Part shown: positions 39,060 through 49,958 of the stretch, in pieces | Position numbering within the stretch: position 1 is the first letter of the stretch | Layout: each line of letters begins with the position of its first letter | Origin: Bdellovibrionales bacterium | GTDB lineage: Bacteria; Bdellovibrionota; Bdellovibrionia; Bdellovibrionales; JAKFYE01 | Length of the DNA: 64,000 bases | NCBI GenBank assembly: GCA_021731045.1 | Contig: JAKFYE010000022.1 | Span: forward strand, 43,183 to 107,182 | Direction: 5' to 3' | Program-made: the position numbers and the translations under genes | Notes under the pieces: generated by a model | What the model was told of the DNA's origin: nothing | The model's database searches: none | The model's input: only the letters and a program-made list of their open reading frames with translations

Positions 39060-40535
39060 ATGGATGAACGCGAGAACCCCCTGCGTGCTGAAAAACGCAG
39101 AAAATTGCAAACACTAAAAGAAGCCGATATTAATCCGTATCCTCACACTTATGAGCGAAACGCGGTTTTAGGCGATCTTTTTAAAAAATATGAATATATC
39201 CAGAATGGCGAAACAACGGAATCCCTGCCGTTGTTTAAAGTTGCAGGACGACTTATGACGAAGCGGCCTATGGGCAAGGCGGCATTTTTCAACATTCAAG
39301 ACCAGTCTGCAAACATGCAAGTTTACCTGCGAAAAGAAGAGTTAGATGGGCAGGACGAAATTGCATTTGATTTTGTTGATATCGGAGACTTCGTTGGTAT
39401 CGAGGGTTTTGTTTTTCGAACTAAAAAAGGCGAGCTCTCCATTCACGCCAAAAAATTTACGATGTTGTGCAAAACTCTTGAGCCGCTTCCAGAAAAACAT
39501 CACGGTTTGGCTGATGTGGAGCTTAAATATCGATATCGCCACTTAGACTTGGTTATGGATCCCGAATCTCGAAAAGTTTTTGAAACTCGCTCCGTTATTA
39601 TCCGAGAAATTCGTCGTTTTTTAGATGACCGCGGCTTTTTAGAAGTTGAAACTCCCATACTACAGCCTATTTATGGCGGCGCAGCTGCCCATCCGTTTTC
39701 TACGCATCACCGTGCTTTAGATATGAAGCTCTATCTTAAAATTAGTCCGGAGTTATATTTAAAGCGTTTGATCGTAGGAGGATTTGAAAAGGTCTATGAT
39801 TTAAATAAAAATTTTAGAAACGAGGGTATTGATCGTTCCCATAATCCTGAGTTTACAATGATCGAATGGTATGAGGCTTATACAGACTACCATTATCAGA
39901 TGAAGCAATTTGAAGATCTCGTCGCACATGTAGCTAAAACTGTCACAGGCTCCACCAAAGTCATGTATCAAGGTAAAGAAGTTGATTTCACAACTCCTTG
40001 GACGCGTCTTACGATGCACGAAGCGATCAAAAAATATGCCGATCTTGATGTCGAAAATATGTCTGAGAGCGAAATTTTTGCGGCGACTAAAAAGCACGGT
40101 TCTGTTGAAGACGCACCTTCTAGTAAGGGCGAGATGATCGCAGAGTTATTTGAACTCACGTGCGAACATCATTTGTGGCAACCCACATTTATTATGGATC
40201 ATCCAGTTGAGATTTCTCCTCTGACTAAAGCTCATCGGACCAAAAAAGGATTAGTCGAAAGATTTGAGCCGTTTGTGGCCAATATGGAGCTAGGCAATTC
40301 CTATACGGAGTTGAATGACCCCGAAGAGCAATTCAATCGTTTAAAAGAGCAAGAGTCTAAGCGCGCAACTGATGAAGAAGCGCATCCGATGGATGAAGAT
40401 TTTGTTCACGCCATCGATGTGGGTATGCCTCCTACTGGGGGTGTTGGACTCGGCATTGAAAGATTGGTCATGGTGCTTACAGATCGCCCGAGTATTCGCG
40501 ATATTATTTTATTTCCCACGATGAGACACAAATAA
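39060..40535 (+). CDS. lysS: Lysine--tRNA ligase (class II)
   Basis: 491 aa with an OB anticodon-binding region and class II motifs (FRNEGID, ELNDP, GVGLGIERLVM). Confidence 0.95.
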   Translation: MDERENPLRAEKRRKLQTLKEADINPYPHTYERNAVLGDLFKKYEYIQNGETTESLPLFKVAGRLMTKRPMGKAAFFNIQDQSANMQVYLRKEELDGQDEIAFDFVDIGDFVGIEGFVFRTKKGELSIHAKKFTMLCKTLEPLPEKHHGLADVELKYRYRHLDLVMDPESRKVFETRSVIIREIRRFLDDRGFLEVETPILQPIYGGAAAHPFSTHHRALDMKLYLKISPELYLKRLIVGGFEKVYDLNKNFRNEGIDRSHNPEFTMIEWYEAYTDYHYQMKQFEDLVAHVAKTVTGSTKVMYQGKEVDFTTPWTRLTMHEAIKKYADLDVENMSESEIFAATKKHGSVEDAPSSKGEMIAELFELTCEHHLWQPTFIMDHPVEISPLTKAHRTKKGLVERFEPFVANMELGNSYTELNDPEEQFNRLKEQESKRATDEEAHPMDEDFVHAIDVGMPPTGGVGLGIERLVMVLTDRPSIRDIILFPTMRHK

Positions 40536-41440
40536 TGCGATCAAAATTATTCCTCGGAATAATTTTGATCCTCGCAGCGGCAACATGGAAGTCAGGTTTA
40601 TTAAAATACCTCAACGGAACCATTCAAAACTCAGGATCTACTAAAACGCAAAGTTTTGCTGCGTATGAATACCTTCGTCCTCTTCATGCGCCAGTACGGG
40701 CAACCTTTATAGTTGCACACGGCTTAAATCTTTTACCTTCCCGAATGAATGAGCTTTGTGATTTTTTGCAAGGCTCTGAATTTGAAGTTTATCGGCTTGC
40801 GCTTTCGGGTCATCGTGGAAACTTCGACGAACTTAAAACGGTTACGCGAGCGCAATGGCTCGTAGACTTTAAAACAGTTTACGAAATCGCCAAAGCGAAA
40901 GCTCCGGTGCACCCTACGCCGATTTATTTTTTAGGATTTTCGATGGGCGGACTTTTAGGAGTTGATGCCGCTGCGAGTGACTCTCAAATTCACTTTGATA
41001 AAATGATTTTATTTGCGCCCGCGTTTGCAACTCATGTCCCAAGCTGGCTTACAAAATTTGTACAAATGCTTTTTCCGCAGTTCATTATTCCGAGCAGTGC
41101 GCCACGTGACTATCGGGTTTACGATCATGTTCCATTAAAGGCGTACGGTGCGCTTTTTGATTCGATCGCGGCTCTTAAAACTTCAGATCTTCTAAATGTC
41201 GATGTGCCGACCCAGGTATTTATTCACCCCAAAGATCATCTTGTTTCTGAAAAAGGACTCAAGCGCTTAGTCGAAGAGAAACATTTAACTCATTGGTCTT
41301 TTGATACAGTGTCTGTCGAAGACACAGGAAGAGTGCCACAAACGTATCACCTCATTATTGATAAGGTTTCACTCGGTGTATCGGAATGGTCACGCGTAAC
41401 CGAAAAAATTCTCACATTTTTAAGGATGGACGTTCTATGA
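40535..41440 (+). CDS. Alpha/beta hydrolase (lysophospholipase/esterase-like), secreted or membrane-anchored
   Basis: TAATG overlap with lysS, an N-terminal hydrophobic segment and the nucleophile elbow GFSMGG. Confidence 0.7.
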   Translation: MRSKLFLGIILILAAATWKSGLLKYLNGTIQNSGSTKTQSFAAYEYLRPLHAPVRATFIVAHGLNLLPSRMNELCDFLQGSEFEVYRLALSGHRGNFDELKTVTRAQWLVDFKTVYEIAKAKAPVHPTPIYFLGFSMGGLLGVDAAASDSQIHFDKMILFAPAFATHVPSWLTKFVQMLFPQFIIPSSAPRDYRVYDHVPLKAYGALFDSIAALKTSDLLNVDVPTQVFIHPKDHLVSEKGLKRLVEEKHLTHWSFDTVSVEDTGRVPQTYHLIIDKVSLGVSEWSRVTEKILTFLRMDVL

Positions 41441-42390
41441 ATGCGTTCGAAGTTCAAGTTCTTAAAAAATTAGATGAGGTCGGCGTGGAAAACCAAACGC
41501 TCCTGCTCGGGGTTTCGGGAGGAATGGATTCTATCGCGCTGATGGAGGTTTTGTTTCAGCTTAAAGAAAAACGAAATTTAAAACTTATCGTAGCGCACGT
41601 TCATCACGGAAACACGACGGGCACCTATCGCGATGAGGCGCAAAGGGTCGTGGCGTCTATAGCTAAACAAAAAGGACTTACTTTTGTTTTTAAAAAATTT
41701 AAAGAAGAGCCGCTCCACCCCAAAGTCTTAGAAAGCGAAGCGGAGCTTAGAGCCTTTCGAATGGCGGCACTTGAAGAGTTACGATGTCTTCATAAAGCGG
41801 AGTATTTAGTTTTAGCCCAACATGCGAATGACCTTCTGGAAACACGCTTAATACGCTTGGTGCGTGGCGTAGGACCACAGGGAATAGAGAGTATGAAGCT
41901 AAAAACGCGTGATTTGTTAAGACCCTTTTTAGAGCTCACTCGGGCTGAAATTCAGGATTATGCCATTGGTCGTGAACTTAAATGGATAGAGGATCCTTCC
42001 AACCAAAGTAACGAACCGTTAAGAAATTGGATGCGTAACATATGGTTGCCATTGGTCGAGGAAAAACGCCCAGGCGCGATATATACACTAATGAAATCAC
42101 TTAATATTCTTGCGCAAGAACATCAGCTGCCTCTAGCCGACAGCCTAGTAAATAAAATGAAACTCGATGAGGGAGTAGATAGATTTGAGCTCGCGAAATT
42201 ACCGTTTCGAGATCAACGAAGGGTTCTAGCAGAATATATTTTTGCTGCTGGTTTAAAAGATTATTCTGTCACGCACATCGATGAAATTCTTAAGCGTCTT
42301 GACACTCCCCAAAAAGATTTCACATTTCAGCTTCTAAAGCGTGAGTGGCGTGTTGACACCAAGCGCATTAGGGTCGAGCCGTGGACTTGA
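41437..42390 (+). CDS. tilS: tRNA(Ile)-lysidine synthase
   Basis: ATG 41437 overlaps the upstream stop (ATGA). The ORF-track extension to 41386 is inside the hydrolase gene. PP-loop is LLGVSGGMDS. Confidence 0.88.
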   Translation: MNAFEVQVLKKLDEVGVENQTLLLGVSGGMDSIALMEVLFQLKEKRNLKLIVAHVHHGNTTGTYRDEAQRVVASIAKQKGLTFVFKKFKEEPLHPKVLESEAELRAFRMAALEELRCLHKAEYLVLAQHANDLLETRLIRLVRGVGPQGIESMKLKTRDLLRPFLELTRAEIQDYAIGRELKWIEDPSNQSNEPLRNWMRNIWLPLVEEKRPGAIYTLMKSLNILAQEHQLPLADSLVNKMKLDEGVDRFELAKLPFRDQRRVLAEYIFAAGLKDYSVTHIDEILKRLDTPQKDFTFQLLKREWRVDTKRIRVEPWT

Positions 42391-42462
42391 AAACGTCGTA
42401 ATACGTATCGAGCTTTGTCTCTTCGTGGTATTCTTATTAAGTCTTTTTGAAAGGAATCAAAT

Positions 42463-44451
42463 ATGTCGTCGACGCAAAAAACGCTTGCTCTCTGGGCTTT
42501 GCTTGTCATGGTGGTCATCATCGCTTTTGAATATATGAATAATCGCACAGGCAAATATATCACTGATTTTAATTTTTCAAAATTCATGCAAGCTGTAGAT
42601 GAAAATAAAATAGAAACTGAGTCCATCGTCTTTGATCAAAAAACAAATGAAATCACAGGAGAAGTGACCCAGGCCGTAGCAGATGCTGAATACAAAGGCG
42701 CAAAGCAATTTAAATTTGTCGGAAACACCGGCGACGAAACCATGCGCATGTTGAAGGCAAAAGGTGTAACGCCCAATTATGTGAATACCGAAAACAATTC
42801 GATGCTCCAGTCCCTTCTAGCAAACGGTCTACCTCTGTTGCTCGTACTTTTAATGTTTATTTTCTTTATGCGCCAGCTGCAAGCGGGGGGCGGTAAGGCG
42901 ATGAGTTTTGGTAAGAGTCGCGCGAAACTACTCACCGAGAATAAAAATCGTGTTACGTTTAAGGATGTTGCGGGCGTCGACGAAGCCAAAGATGAACTCG
43001 AAGAGATTATTCAATTTTTAAAAGATCCAAAAAAATTCACGCGTTTAGGCGGACGTATTCCTAAGGGCGTCTTACTAGTAGGTCCTCCGGGGACAGGTAA
43101 AACATTATTAGCAAGAGCCGTTGCGGGAGAGGCGGGCGTTCCGTTTTTCACCATTTCGGGATCTGACTTCGTCGAGATGTTCGTGGGCGTGGGCGCGAGT
43201 CGCGTGCGCGATCTTTTTGAACAAGGAAAGAAACATGCACCATGTTTGATTTTTATAGATGAAATTGATGCTGTTGGACGACATCGTGGAGCAGGAATGG
43301 GTGGTGGACACGATGAGCGTGAACAAACACTCAACCAACTCTTAGTCGAAATGGACGGTTTTGAAAGTAATGATGGGGTGATCCTTATCGCCGCGACTAA
43401 CCGACCCGATGTTCTAGATCCGGCGCTCCTGCGCCCAGGTCGTTTTGATCGACGCGTAGTTGTTGGTAAACCCGATGTAAAGGGGCGTTTAAAAATTCTC
43501 GAAGTGCATGCTAAAAAAACTCCGCTCGCAGCTGAAGTGGAACTAGAAAGAATTGCGAAGGGCACTCCGGGATTTTCGGGTGCGGACTTAGAAAACTTAG
43601 TTAACGAAGCCGCGCTCTTAGCCGCTCGCCGTGAAAAACGCATGCTGGATATGGACGACTTTGAAATGGCTAAAGACAAAGTTCTTATGGGCGCAGAACG
43701 CAAATCAATGGTCATCAACGAAGAAGATAAAAAGATCACGGCTTATCATGAGGCAGGTCATACAATCGTAGGTAAAAAAATTCCAGGCACAGATCCTATT
43801 CATAAAGTTTCGATTATTCCTCGGGGAATGGCCTTAGGTGTAACCCAAACTCTGCCGGCAGAAGAACGTTTAAACCTCACTAAGCAAAAAGCCCATAACA
43901 TGATTGCCTTTCTGTTTGGTGGTCGCGCAGCAGAAGAATTAATTTTTAAAGATTACACCACAGGTGCAGGTAACGATATTGAGCGTGCAACAGAAATCGC
44001 GCGTCGTATGGTTTGCGAATGGGGAATGTCAGAAAAATTAGGGCCTCTTGCTTATGAACGACGTGAAGGTCCGGTCTTCTTAGGTATGAGTCAAGGTGAA
44101 CAACGTCACTTTAGTGATTCTACTGCAGAGCTCATCGATGCGGAAGTTCGTAAGTTTGTAAACGATGGCCACGAACTCGCAGTTAAGTTGTTAACCGAAA
44201 ACATGGCGTCACTTCATAACCTCGCGCAAGCGCTTCTTGATAAAGAAACGATTGATGGGTCAGAGGTCGATATTATTCTTAAAGGTGGATCATTGAAAGA
44301 TATCGAAGATGAACGTAGTCATCGTGTTAAAGGTTTAGCTAAAGAGAGCGAAGAAAAAGCAAAAAGTGATAAAGAAAAATCAGACGCGGAGGCTGCGTCG
44401 AAAACAAAAGTAAAAGGTCCATTGGGAGATCCAGATCCCTCAATGGCTTAG
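42463..44451 (+). CDS. ftsH: ATP-dependent zinc metalloprotease FtsH
   Basis: Walker [12 protein letters not shown], Walker B IIFIDEID-type ([11 protein letters not shown]), the SRH, and the Zn site HEAGHT. Confidence 0.97.
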   Translation: MSSTQKTLALWALLVMVVIIAFEYMNNRTGKYITDFNFSKFMQAVDENKIETESIVFDQKTNEITGEVTQAVADAEYKGAKQFKFVGNTGDETMRMLKAKGVTPNYVNTENNSMLQSLLANGLPLLLVLLMFIFFMRQLQAGGGKAMSFGKSRAKLLTENKNRVTFKDVAGVDEAKDELEEIIQFLKDPKKFTRLGGRIPKGVLLVGPPGTGKTLLARAVAGEAGVPFFTISGSDFVEMFVGVGASRVRDLFEQGKKHAPCLIFIDEIDAVGRHRGAGMGGGHDEREQTLNQLLVEMDGFESNDGVILIAATNRPDVLDPALLRPGRFDRRVVVGKPDVKGRLKILEVHAKKTPLAAEVELERIAKGTPGFSGADLENLVNEAALLAARREKRMLDMDDFEMAKDKVLMGAERKSMVINEEDKKITAYHEAGHTIVGKKIPGTDPIHKVSIIPRGMALGVTQTLPAEERLNLTKQKAHNMIAFLFGGRAAEELIFKDYTTGAGNDIERATEIARRMVCEWGMSEKLGPLAYERREGPVFLGMSQGEQRHFSDSTAELIDAEVRKFVNDGHELAVKLLTENMASLHNLAQALLDKETIDGSEVDIILKGGSLKDIEDERSHRVKGLAKESEEKAKSDKEKSDAEAASKTKVKGPLGDPDPSMA

Positions 44452-44492
44452 GACCCAACCGTCCGAAGTAACTTCAGGAGTGTGCATCTGAC

Positions 44493-45311
44493 GTGAGGTT
44501 GTTTGAACGTTTTATAGAAAACCTAAGTCTGATTTTAAGTCAGCTCAGAATTTGGGACATGCTCGACATGTTTCTTGTTTGGTTGATCGTCTATCGTCTT
44601 CTTTTACTTATTAAACAAACACGTGCAGTACAAATGTTGTCAGGCTTAGGAATTTTAGCACTGACTTTCGTTATGAGTATTTGGCTCGAGCTATTTACTT
44701 TAAATTGGCTATTAGATAAATTCTTTTCTAATTTATTTTTGATTGTCGTTATTTTATTTCAAAACGAAATACGTCGCGCACTTACGCATATTGGACGCAA
44801 CCCTTTTTTCAGTGGTGTTTCGGCGGTTGAAGAAACTCAAGTGATTGAAGAAATCGCAAAGGGTGCGATATTGATGGCGCAAAAAAAGCACGGCGCACTT
44901 ATCGTTATTGAGCGTGAAATCGGTCTCCAAGATTATATCGAAATTGGAACCAAGCTCGATGCGTCTGTAACAGCCGAACTTTTAAGTTCTATTTTTGTTC
45001 CGACGAGTCCCTTGCATGACGGCGCCACAATCATCCGGGGCGGACGTGCGAGCATGGCGGGCTGTTTTCTGCCACTTTCTAAAAACCCTAATTTGGATAA
45101 AAACCTAGGTACACGTCATAGAGCTGCGATCGGTTTAACCGAAGAAACTGATGCGATCGCAATCGTCGTTAGCGAAGAAAACAGACACGTGAGTGTAGCT
45201 GTCGGTGGAAGTCTTACTCCGGATTTGGATCACCCCACATTACGCAAAACTCTTTATACTCTTTTGAGTCTCGAAGAAAACTTTGAGAATATTGAAGAGG
45301 TTAAGCCATGA
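44493..45311 (+). CDS. cdaA: Diadenylate cyclase CdaA (DisA_N/DAC domain, 3 N-terminal TM helices)
   Basis: Motifs HGALIVIE, PLHDGATII and GTRHRAAIGLTEETDAIAIVVSEE. GTG start. Confidence 0.9.
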   Translation: MRLFERFIENLSLILSQLRIWDMLDMFLVWLIVYRLLLLIKQTRAVQMLSGLGILALTFVMSIWLELFTLNWLLDKFFSNLFLIVVILFQNEIRRALTHIGRNPFFSGVSAVEETQVIEEIAKGAILMAQKKHGALIVIEREIGLQDYIEIGTKLDASVTAELLSSIFVPTSPLHDGATIIRGGRASMAGCFLPLSKNPNLDKNLGTRHRAAIGLTEETDAIAIVVSEENRHVSVAVGGSLTPDLDHPTLRKTLYTLLSLEENFENIEEVKP

Positions 45312-45961
45312 AACATGCCTTTCGTGAGTGGATCTACGAAAATGGCAGTTACAAATTAGTCGCACTATTCATTACATTGATCCTTTGGGTTTCGGTTCTC
45401 GGAAGAAAAGAAACAACGGTCGTTAAAGAAGTGCCATTGCAGTTTATGACTGCCGAAGAAAAAATCATCAGTAATGTTTCGTCACGTATTGTGCGTTTTG
45501 AAATGACAGGGTCACGGCGGGCACTTCGTCGATTTTTATCGGATAAAACCGAGCCTGTTTCGGTAGACTTAAAAAGTCGCGGTGCAGGTCGCCTTATTGT
45601 AACGGTACCTGAAGACAGCATAAAACTTCCGTTTGGTGTTAAGGTTTTATCAGTAAATCCCACTACAATTGTTGTCGATATTGAAGAGCTTGCGAAAAAG
45701 AAAGTTCCGGTCATCGTGGCGTGGCGGGAGCCGCGTGAAAACAACCGAGTGATTTTAAAGGCCGTCACCGAACCTGCTGAAATTTGGATCGAAGGTGGTA
45801 AAAACGTGCTCAATAAAATTCGTGAAGTTTTGACGGCAGAAGTCTCCTCAAAAGATGCAGTTGAAGTTAATGGTCGTCATGTTATTAAGACAAAGATTAG
45901 GGCATTGGAATTAGACGGCATTAGGTCTATTCCCGAGCAAGATATAACCATTACGTTTTAA
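45308..45961 (+). CDS. cdaR: YbbR-domain protein (CdaR-like regulator of CdaA), short form
   Basis: ATGA overlap with cdaA, an N-terminal TM, and YbbR-like repeats. Position between cdaA and glmM. At 217 aa it is shorter than the Bacillus protein. Confidence 0.7.
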   Translation: MKHAFREWIYENGSYKLVALFITLILWVSVLGRKETTVVKEVPLQFMTAEEKIISNVSSRIVRFEMTGSRRALRRFLSDKTEPVSVDLKSRGAGRLIVTVPEDSIKLPFGVKVLSVNPTTIVVDIEELAKKKVPVIVAWREPRENNRVILKAVTEPAEIWIEGGKNVLNKIREVLTAEVSSKDAVEVNGRHVIKTKIRALELDGIRSIPEQDITITF

Positions 45962-45968
45962 GGAACCT

Positions 45969-47339
45969 GTGAAGACAAAAGAACTTTTTGGAACAGACGG
46001 AATACGAGGAACGGCAAATCAGTTCCCCATGACGATTGATATCGTGACAAAAGTTGGCCAAGCCATGGGCTATTTATTACTTCATCAACCAAGTCCAAAT
46101 AAACAAGGGCGTCGCAAGGTTGTAATCGGCAAAGACACGCGCCTCTCGGGTTACATGGTTGAGATGGCCCTTGCGAGTGGACTTAATTCAATGGGTGTCG
46201 ATGTTCAACTTTTAGGACCGCTTCCAACTCCAGGAATTGGATATTTAACTCGCAACATGCGCGCAGATGCGGGCATCGTCATTTCGGCAAGTCATAATCC
46301 GTTTCGTGATAATGGAATTAAAATTTTTGGTCCCGATGGCTTCAAAATTTCGGGAGCTCAAGAACGTGAAATCGAAAGACTCGTTTTACAAGAGGACCTC
46401 AATAAACTTTTACCGACAGCAGATCTAGTGGGACGTTCTAAGCGAATCGACGATGCGGCTGGACGCTATATCGTTTATGTTAAAAGCACATTTCCGCTGA
46501 ATCAAACGCTCGATGGGATGCGCGTGGTTCTCGATTGCGGTCATGGGTCAGCTTACAAAGTCGGGCCAGCTATTTTTGAAGAGTTAGGAGCCGAAGTTAA
46601 AGTCATCGGCAATGCTCCGAACGGAACAAACATAAATGATAAATGCGGTGCTATGTATCCTGACAGTTTAAGTAAGGCCGTTTTGGAATACCGAGCGGAT
46701 ATTGGTGTGAGTTTAGATGGCGATGCTGATCGCTGTATCATCGTAGATGAAAAAGGCAAAGTCGTGAATGGAGATCACATTCTCGCGATTTGCGGGATTC
46801 ATTTGAGAAAGCATAATTTGCTTCCGCAAAACACGGTTGTAACCACACAGATGGCCAATTTTGGATTAGATGTTGCGATGGCAAAAAGTGGTATCAAGTT
46901 AGTAAAGACTGCTGTTGGAGATAAATACGTCGTCGAAGAAATGAAAAAAAACGGTTACGTTTTAGGTGGAGAGTCTTCTGGTCACATTATCTTCTTAGAT
47001 CGCACCACGACAGGTGATGGACTAATCGCCGCGTTGAGCGTGATTTCGGTAATGAAGGAAGAAACCAAAACTTTAAGCGAGTTAAATAATGTGATGGTGG
47101 ATGTGCCGCAGGTTTTAAGAAACATTCATGTTTCTAGACGTGCAGATCTTAAAGATGTCAGCGGGTTTTCTCAGATGGTTGATGGAATTGAAAGTAAGCT
47201 AGGAAGCGAAGGGCGTGTGTTTGTGCGCTTTTCCGGAACAGAACCCCTTGTTCGTGTTCTAGTTGAAGGGCCGAACGTTACAGAGATCACTCGCTTTGCC
47301 GATGAAATTTCATCATTACTGCAAAGAGAATTGAGTTAA
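45969..47339 (+). CDS. glmM: Phosphoglucosamine mutase
   Basis: Motifs FGTDGIRG, the active-site loop ISASHNPFRDNGIK, and DGDADR. GTG start with AAGGA upstream. Confidence 0.95.
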   Translation: MKTKELFGTDGIRGTANQFPMTIDIVTKVGQAMGYLLLHQPSPNKQGRRKVVIGKDTRLSGYMVEMALASGLNSMGVDVQLLGPLPTPGIGYLTRNMRADAGIVISASHNPFRDNGIKIFGPDGFKISGAQEREIERLVLQEDLNKLLPTADLVGRSKRIDDAAGRYIVYVKSTFPLNQTLDGMRVVLDCGHGSAYKVGPAIFEELGAEVKVIGNAPNGTNINDKCGAMYPDSLSKAVLEYRADIGVSLDGDADRCIIVDEKGKVVNGDHILAICGIHLRKHNLLPQNTVVTTQMANFGLDVAMAKSGIKLVKTAVGDKYVVEEMKKNGYVLGGESSGHIIFLDRTTTGDGLIAALSVISVMKEETKTLSELNNVMVDVPQVLRNIHVSRRADLKDVSGFSQMVDGIESKLGSEGRVFVRFSGTEPLVRVLVEGPNVTEITRFADEISSLLQRELS

Positions 47340-47344
47340 CTTTT

Positions 47345-48112
47345 GTGAAGAAGAAGTCTCGAAAAAAAAATAAACCTTCGAATATTCGTCTCGGTGTGAA
47401 TCTCGATCACGTTGCGACTTTGCGCCAAGTCCGCGGTGGGAGCACACCGTATCCTGATCTCCTTCTTTTTGTTAAAAAAGCGGTCGCAGGCGGAGCTGAT
47501 CAAATCACCATTCATTTGCGTGAAGATCGCCGACACATCCAAGAACAAGATTTAGCGCGCATTGTAAAATCATGTAAGGTGACTGTGAATTTAGAAATGG
47601 CGGTGTCCGAAGAAATGACCCAGATGGCGCTTAAATATACTCCAGGCTACGTGTGTTTGGTTCCTGAAAAACGCCAAGAGTTGACCACCGAAGGAGGGCT
47701 GAATGTCGCAGCAAAGGAGTTTGAAATCAAATCCTTGGTGGATAAATTAAAAACAAAAAAAATTAGAGTATCGACTTTTATCGAACCCAGCATTTTACAG
47801 GTTGAGGCATCGAAGCGTGCGGGAGCTGTTGCGATCGAGTTTCATACCGGAAAGTGGGTTCATCTTAAGGGCTCGCAAGCACGCGACGAATGGTCAAGAT
47901 TGGTAGAGGCCGCCGAACGCGCCCACACCTTAGGATTGCAGGTGCATGCCGGGCACGGTTTGGATTATGCTTCGACCTCGAAGATTGCAAAACTTCCGCA
48001 TCTCGAAGAAGTGAACATCGGACACTTTTTGGTTTGCGAGGCGCTCGCGGTCGGTATGAAGAAATCAGTACAACACATGAAGAAGATTTTAAAAAAAGGT
48101 CGCAATTCTTGA
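47345..48112 (+). CDS. pdxJ: Pyridoxine 5'-phosphate synthase
   Basis: Motifs LGVNLDHVATLRQVRGG, HLREDRRHI and EFHTG. GTG start. Confidence 0.93.
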   Translation: MKKKSRKKNKPSNIRLGVNLDHVATLRQVRGGSTPYPDLLLFVKKAVAGGADQITIHLREDRRHIQEQDLARIVKSCKVTVNLEMAVSEEMTQMALKYTPGYVCLVPEKRQELTTEGGLNVAAKEFEIKSLVDKLKTKKIRVSTFIEPSILQVEASKRAGAVAIEFHTGKWVHLKGSQARDEWSRLVEAAERAHTLGLQVHAGHGLDYASTSKIAKLPHLEEVNIGHFLVCEALAVGMKKSVQHMKKILKKGRNS

Positions 48113-49536
48113 GACTGTCCACCCGAGAACAATCTCAAAAAATAGATAAGTTGGCGCAATCTGAATACGGGATCAGCGCCGAAAAACTTATGGACACTGC
48201 GGGATTTAAAGCCGCACAAGAGATTCTTGATTTTCCGAACATCCACCATAAAAATATTTTGATTATCTGTGGTGAGGGTAATAATGGCGGCGATGGTTTA
48301 GTTGTCGAATCCTATTTGAAAAAAGAAAAAATAATGGTGCGTGCCGTATTAGCGAAGGATATTGAGTCTTCAATGATTGCAGAGGCCGATATTATTGTAG
48401 ATGCCCTGTTTGGTACTGGTTTAACTCGTCCATTAAATGATGACCATCTCCAGTTGATAGAACAAATAAATCTCAGTTCTTCGTATATTGTCAGTTTAGA
48501 TGTTCCTTCGGGACTCAACTGCAATACCGGGTGGGACTTTGGAACGTGTGTACGCGCAGATCTTACGATTACGTTTGGATTAGCTAAGCCCGGATTTTTT
48601 ATTAATCTTGGCCCGTCGCGAGTTGGACAAATTTGCATTTGCGATATTGGATTTCCTGAAGACCTGGTCAGTCGTACGGCGGCAACGCACTCTGTACTTC
48701 TTAAGCAAGAAGCCGCCTCACTACTCCCGACACGTAAAAATATTTCGAATAAATCCGATTATGGAAGAACCGTCATCGTGGCGGGACAAAAAAACATGTG
48801 GGGCGCAGCGGTCTTATCTTCGCGGTCGGCTTTTCGTGCAGGAAGCGGCTACGTGTATCTTCTCAGCTTTGATGACCCCTCTCACGTCGTTAATCTGACC
48901 CCCGAAACTATGTTTTTTTATTTAAAAGATTCGGTTCAAGAATTTTCAGAATTTCGAAAAGCTACAGCTTGGGTTGTCGGCCCTGGACTTGGCGCTTCCG
49001 AAAAAACGTTTAATCTAATTGAAGAGCTTATTCGACTTGAAGTAAAATCTGTTTTACTCGATGCAGACGCGTTAACTAGTATCGCAAAATTTAAAAAAAA
49101 TAACTTTAAATTGCCAGCGACTTGGATCGTAACTCCCCATACGGCGGAACTGTCACGATTAACAGGCGAATCCGTAGAAGAAATTGAATACGACCGTTTT
49201 GTGGCACTTCAACATTTTCACAAACTTTACGACTGTCAAATTCTGCTTAAGGGATTTCATTCGGTGTATTATAATGGTGAACATTTTTCGATTATCAATT
49301 CTGGTAATTCATCCTTAGCAAAGGCCGGTGCCGGCGATGTGCTTTCAGGAATTATCGGCGGGCTGATGGCCCAAGGATTTGAAACCGATTCTGCTACTCA
49401 ATTGGGAGCTTTCGCTCATGGATTAGCAGCCGATCTTTGGGTACAAGACGATAACTACGTGGCGTCACTCTTGACGTCGGAGTTAATTGAGTGGATTCCC
49501 AAAGCGTTTAAAGAGCTTGATAATGAAAAAACATAA
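48109..49536 (+). CDS. nnr: Bifunctional NAD(P)H-hydrate repair enzyme (epimerase + ADP-dependent dehydratase)
   Basis: The probable TTG start at 48109 overlaps the pdxJ stop (TTGA). The ORF-track extension to 47890 lies inside pdxJ. YjeF-N motif is CGEGNNGGDG and YjeF-C motif is GAGDVLSGIIGG. Confidence 0.88.
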   Translation: MRLSTREQSQKIDKLAQSEYGISAEKLMDTAGFKAAQEILDFPNIHHKNILIICGEGNNGGDGLVVESYLKKEKIMVRAVLAKDIESSMIAEADIIVDALFGTGLTRPLNDDHLQLIEQINLSSSYIVSLDVPSGLNCNTGWDFGTCVRADLTITFGLAKPGFFINLGPSRVGQICICDIGFPEDLVSRTAATHSVLLKQEAASLLPTRKNISNKSDYGRTVIVAGQKNMWGAAVLSSRSAFRAGSGYVYLLSFDDPSHVVNLTPETMFFYLKDSVQEFSEFRKATAWVVGPGLGASEKTFNLIEELIRLEVKSVLLDADALTSIAKFKKNNFKLPATWIVTPHTAELSRLTGESVEEIEYDRFVALQHFHKLYDCQILLKGFHSVYYNGEHFSIINSGNSSLAKAGAGDVLSGIIGGLMAQGFETDSATQLGAFAHGLAADLWVQDDNYVASLLTSELIEWIPKAFKELDNEKT

Positions 49537-49954
49537 AATCTCTGACTTTGAAGCGCTCTCTCAGTTTTGCGCAAAAATATCTCAAGAGCTCGGCCCCCGA
49601 CAAATTATTTTACTAAACGGCCCGATGGCTTCGGGCAAAACAACATTCGTAAAATATTTTATCGAAGCGCTCGGCGGCTCCATCACGAGCAGCCCTACGT
49701 ACGCGATTCATCAAAGTTACTCGCAACTTACTTCTAAGTTGCATCCACAGGCAGACCATTTAGATCTTTACCGACTAAAAAATAATTACGATTTGGAATC
49801 AACAGGTTTTTGGGATCTCTTTGAAGAAGACAAAGGCTTAATCCTTATTGAGTGGGCAGATCGATTAGAGGGCGAGTGGTGGCCCGCCTCATGGTCGGTG
49901 CTCTCCTTGCGATTTTCTGTTCAAGATGAAAATAGATTTGTTGAAGTTTCGTAA
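49523..49954 (+). CDS. tsaE: tRNA threonylcarbamoyladenosine biosynthesis ATPase TsaE
   Basis: ATG 49523 overlaps the nnr end by 14 nt. P-loop is LNGPMASGKTTF; other motifs are SPTY and DLYRL. Confidence 0.85.
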   Translation: MKKHKISDFEALSQFCAKISQELGPRQIILLNGPMASGKTTFVKYFIEALGGSITSSPTYAIHQSYSQLTSKLHPQADHLDLYRLKNNYDLESTGFWDLFEEDKGLILIEWADRLEGEWWPASWSVLSLRFSVQDENRFVEVS

Positions 49955-49958
49955 ATCT

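Noticed and set aside
43011-43739. 242-aa ORF antisense to ftsH. Similar long antisense ORFs occur at 29692-30093, 45349-45813, 59588-60136, 15230-16108, 33530-33826 and 32940-33398.
   Set aside because: Each lies opposite a strongly supported gene. Their translations are low-complexity (S/R/P/F-rich), lack RBS support and look like typical shadow ORFs.
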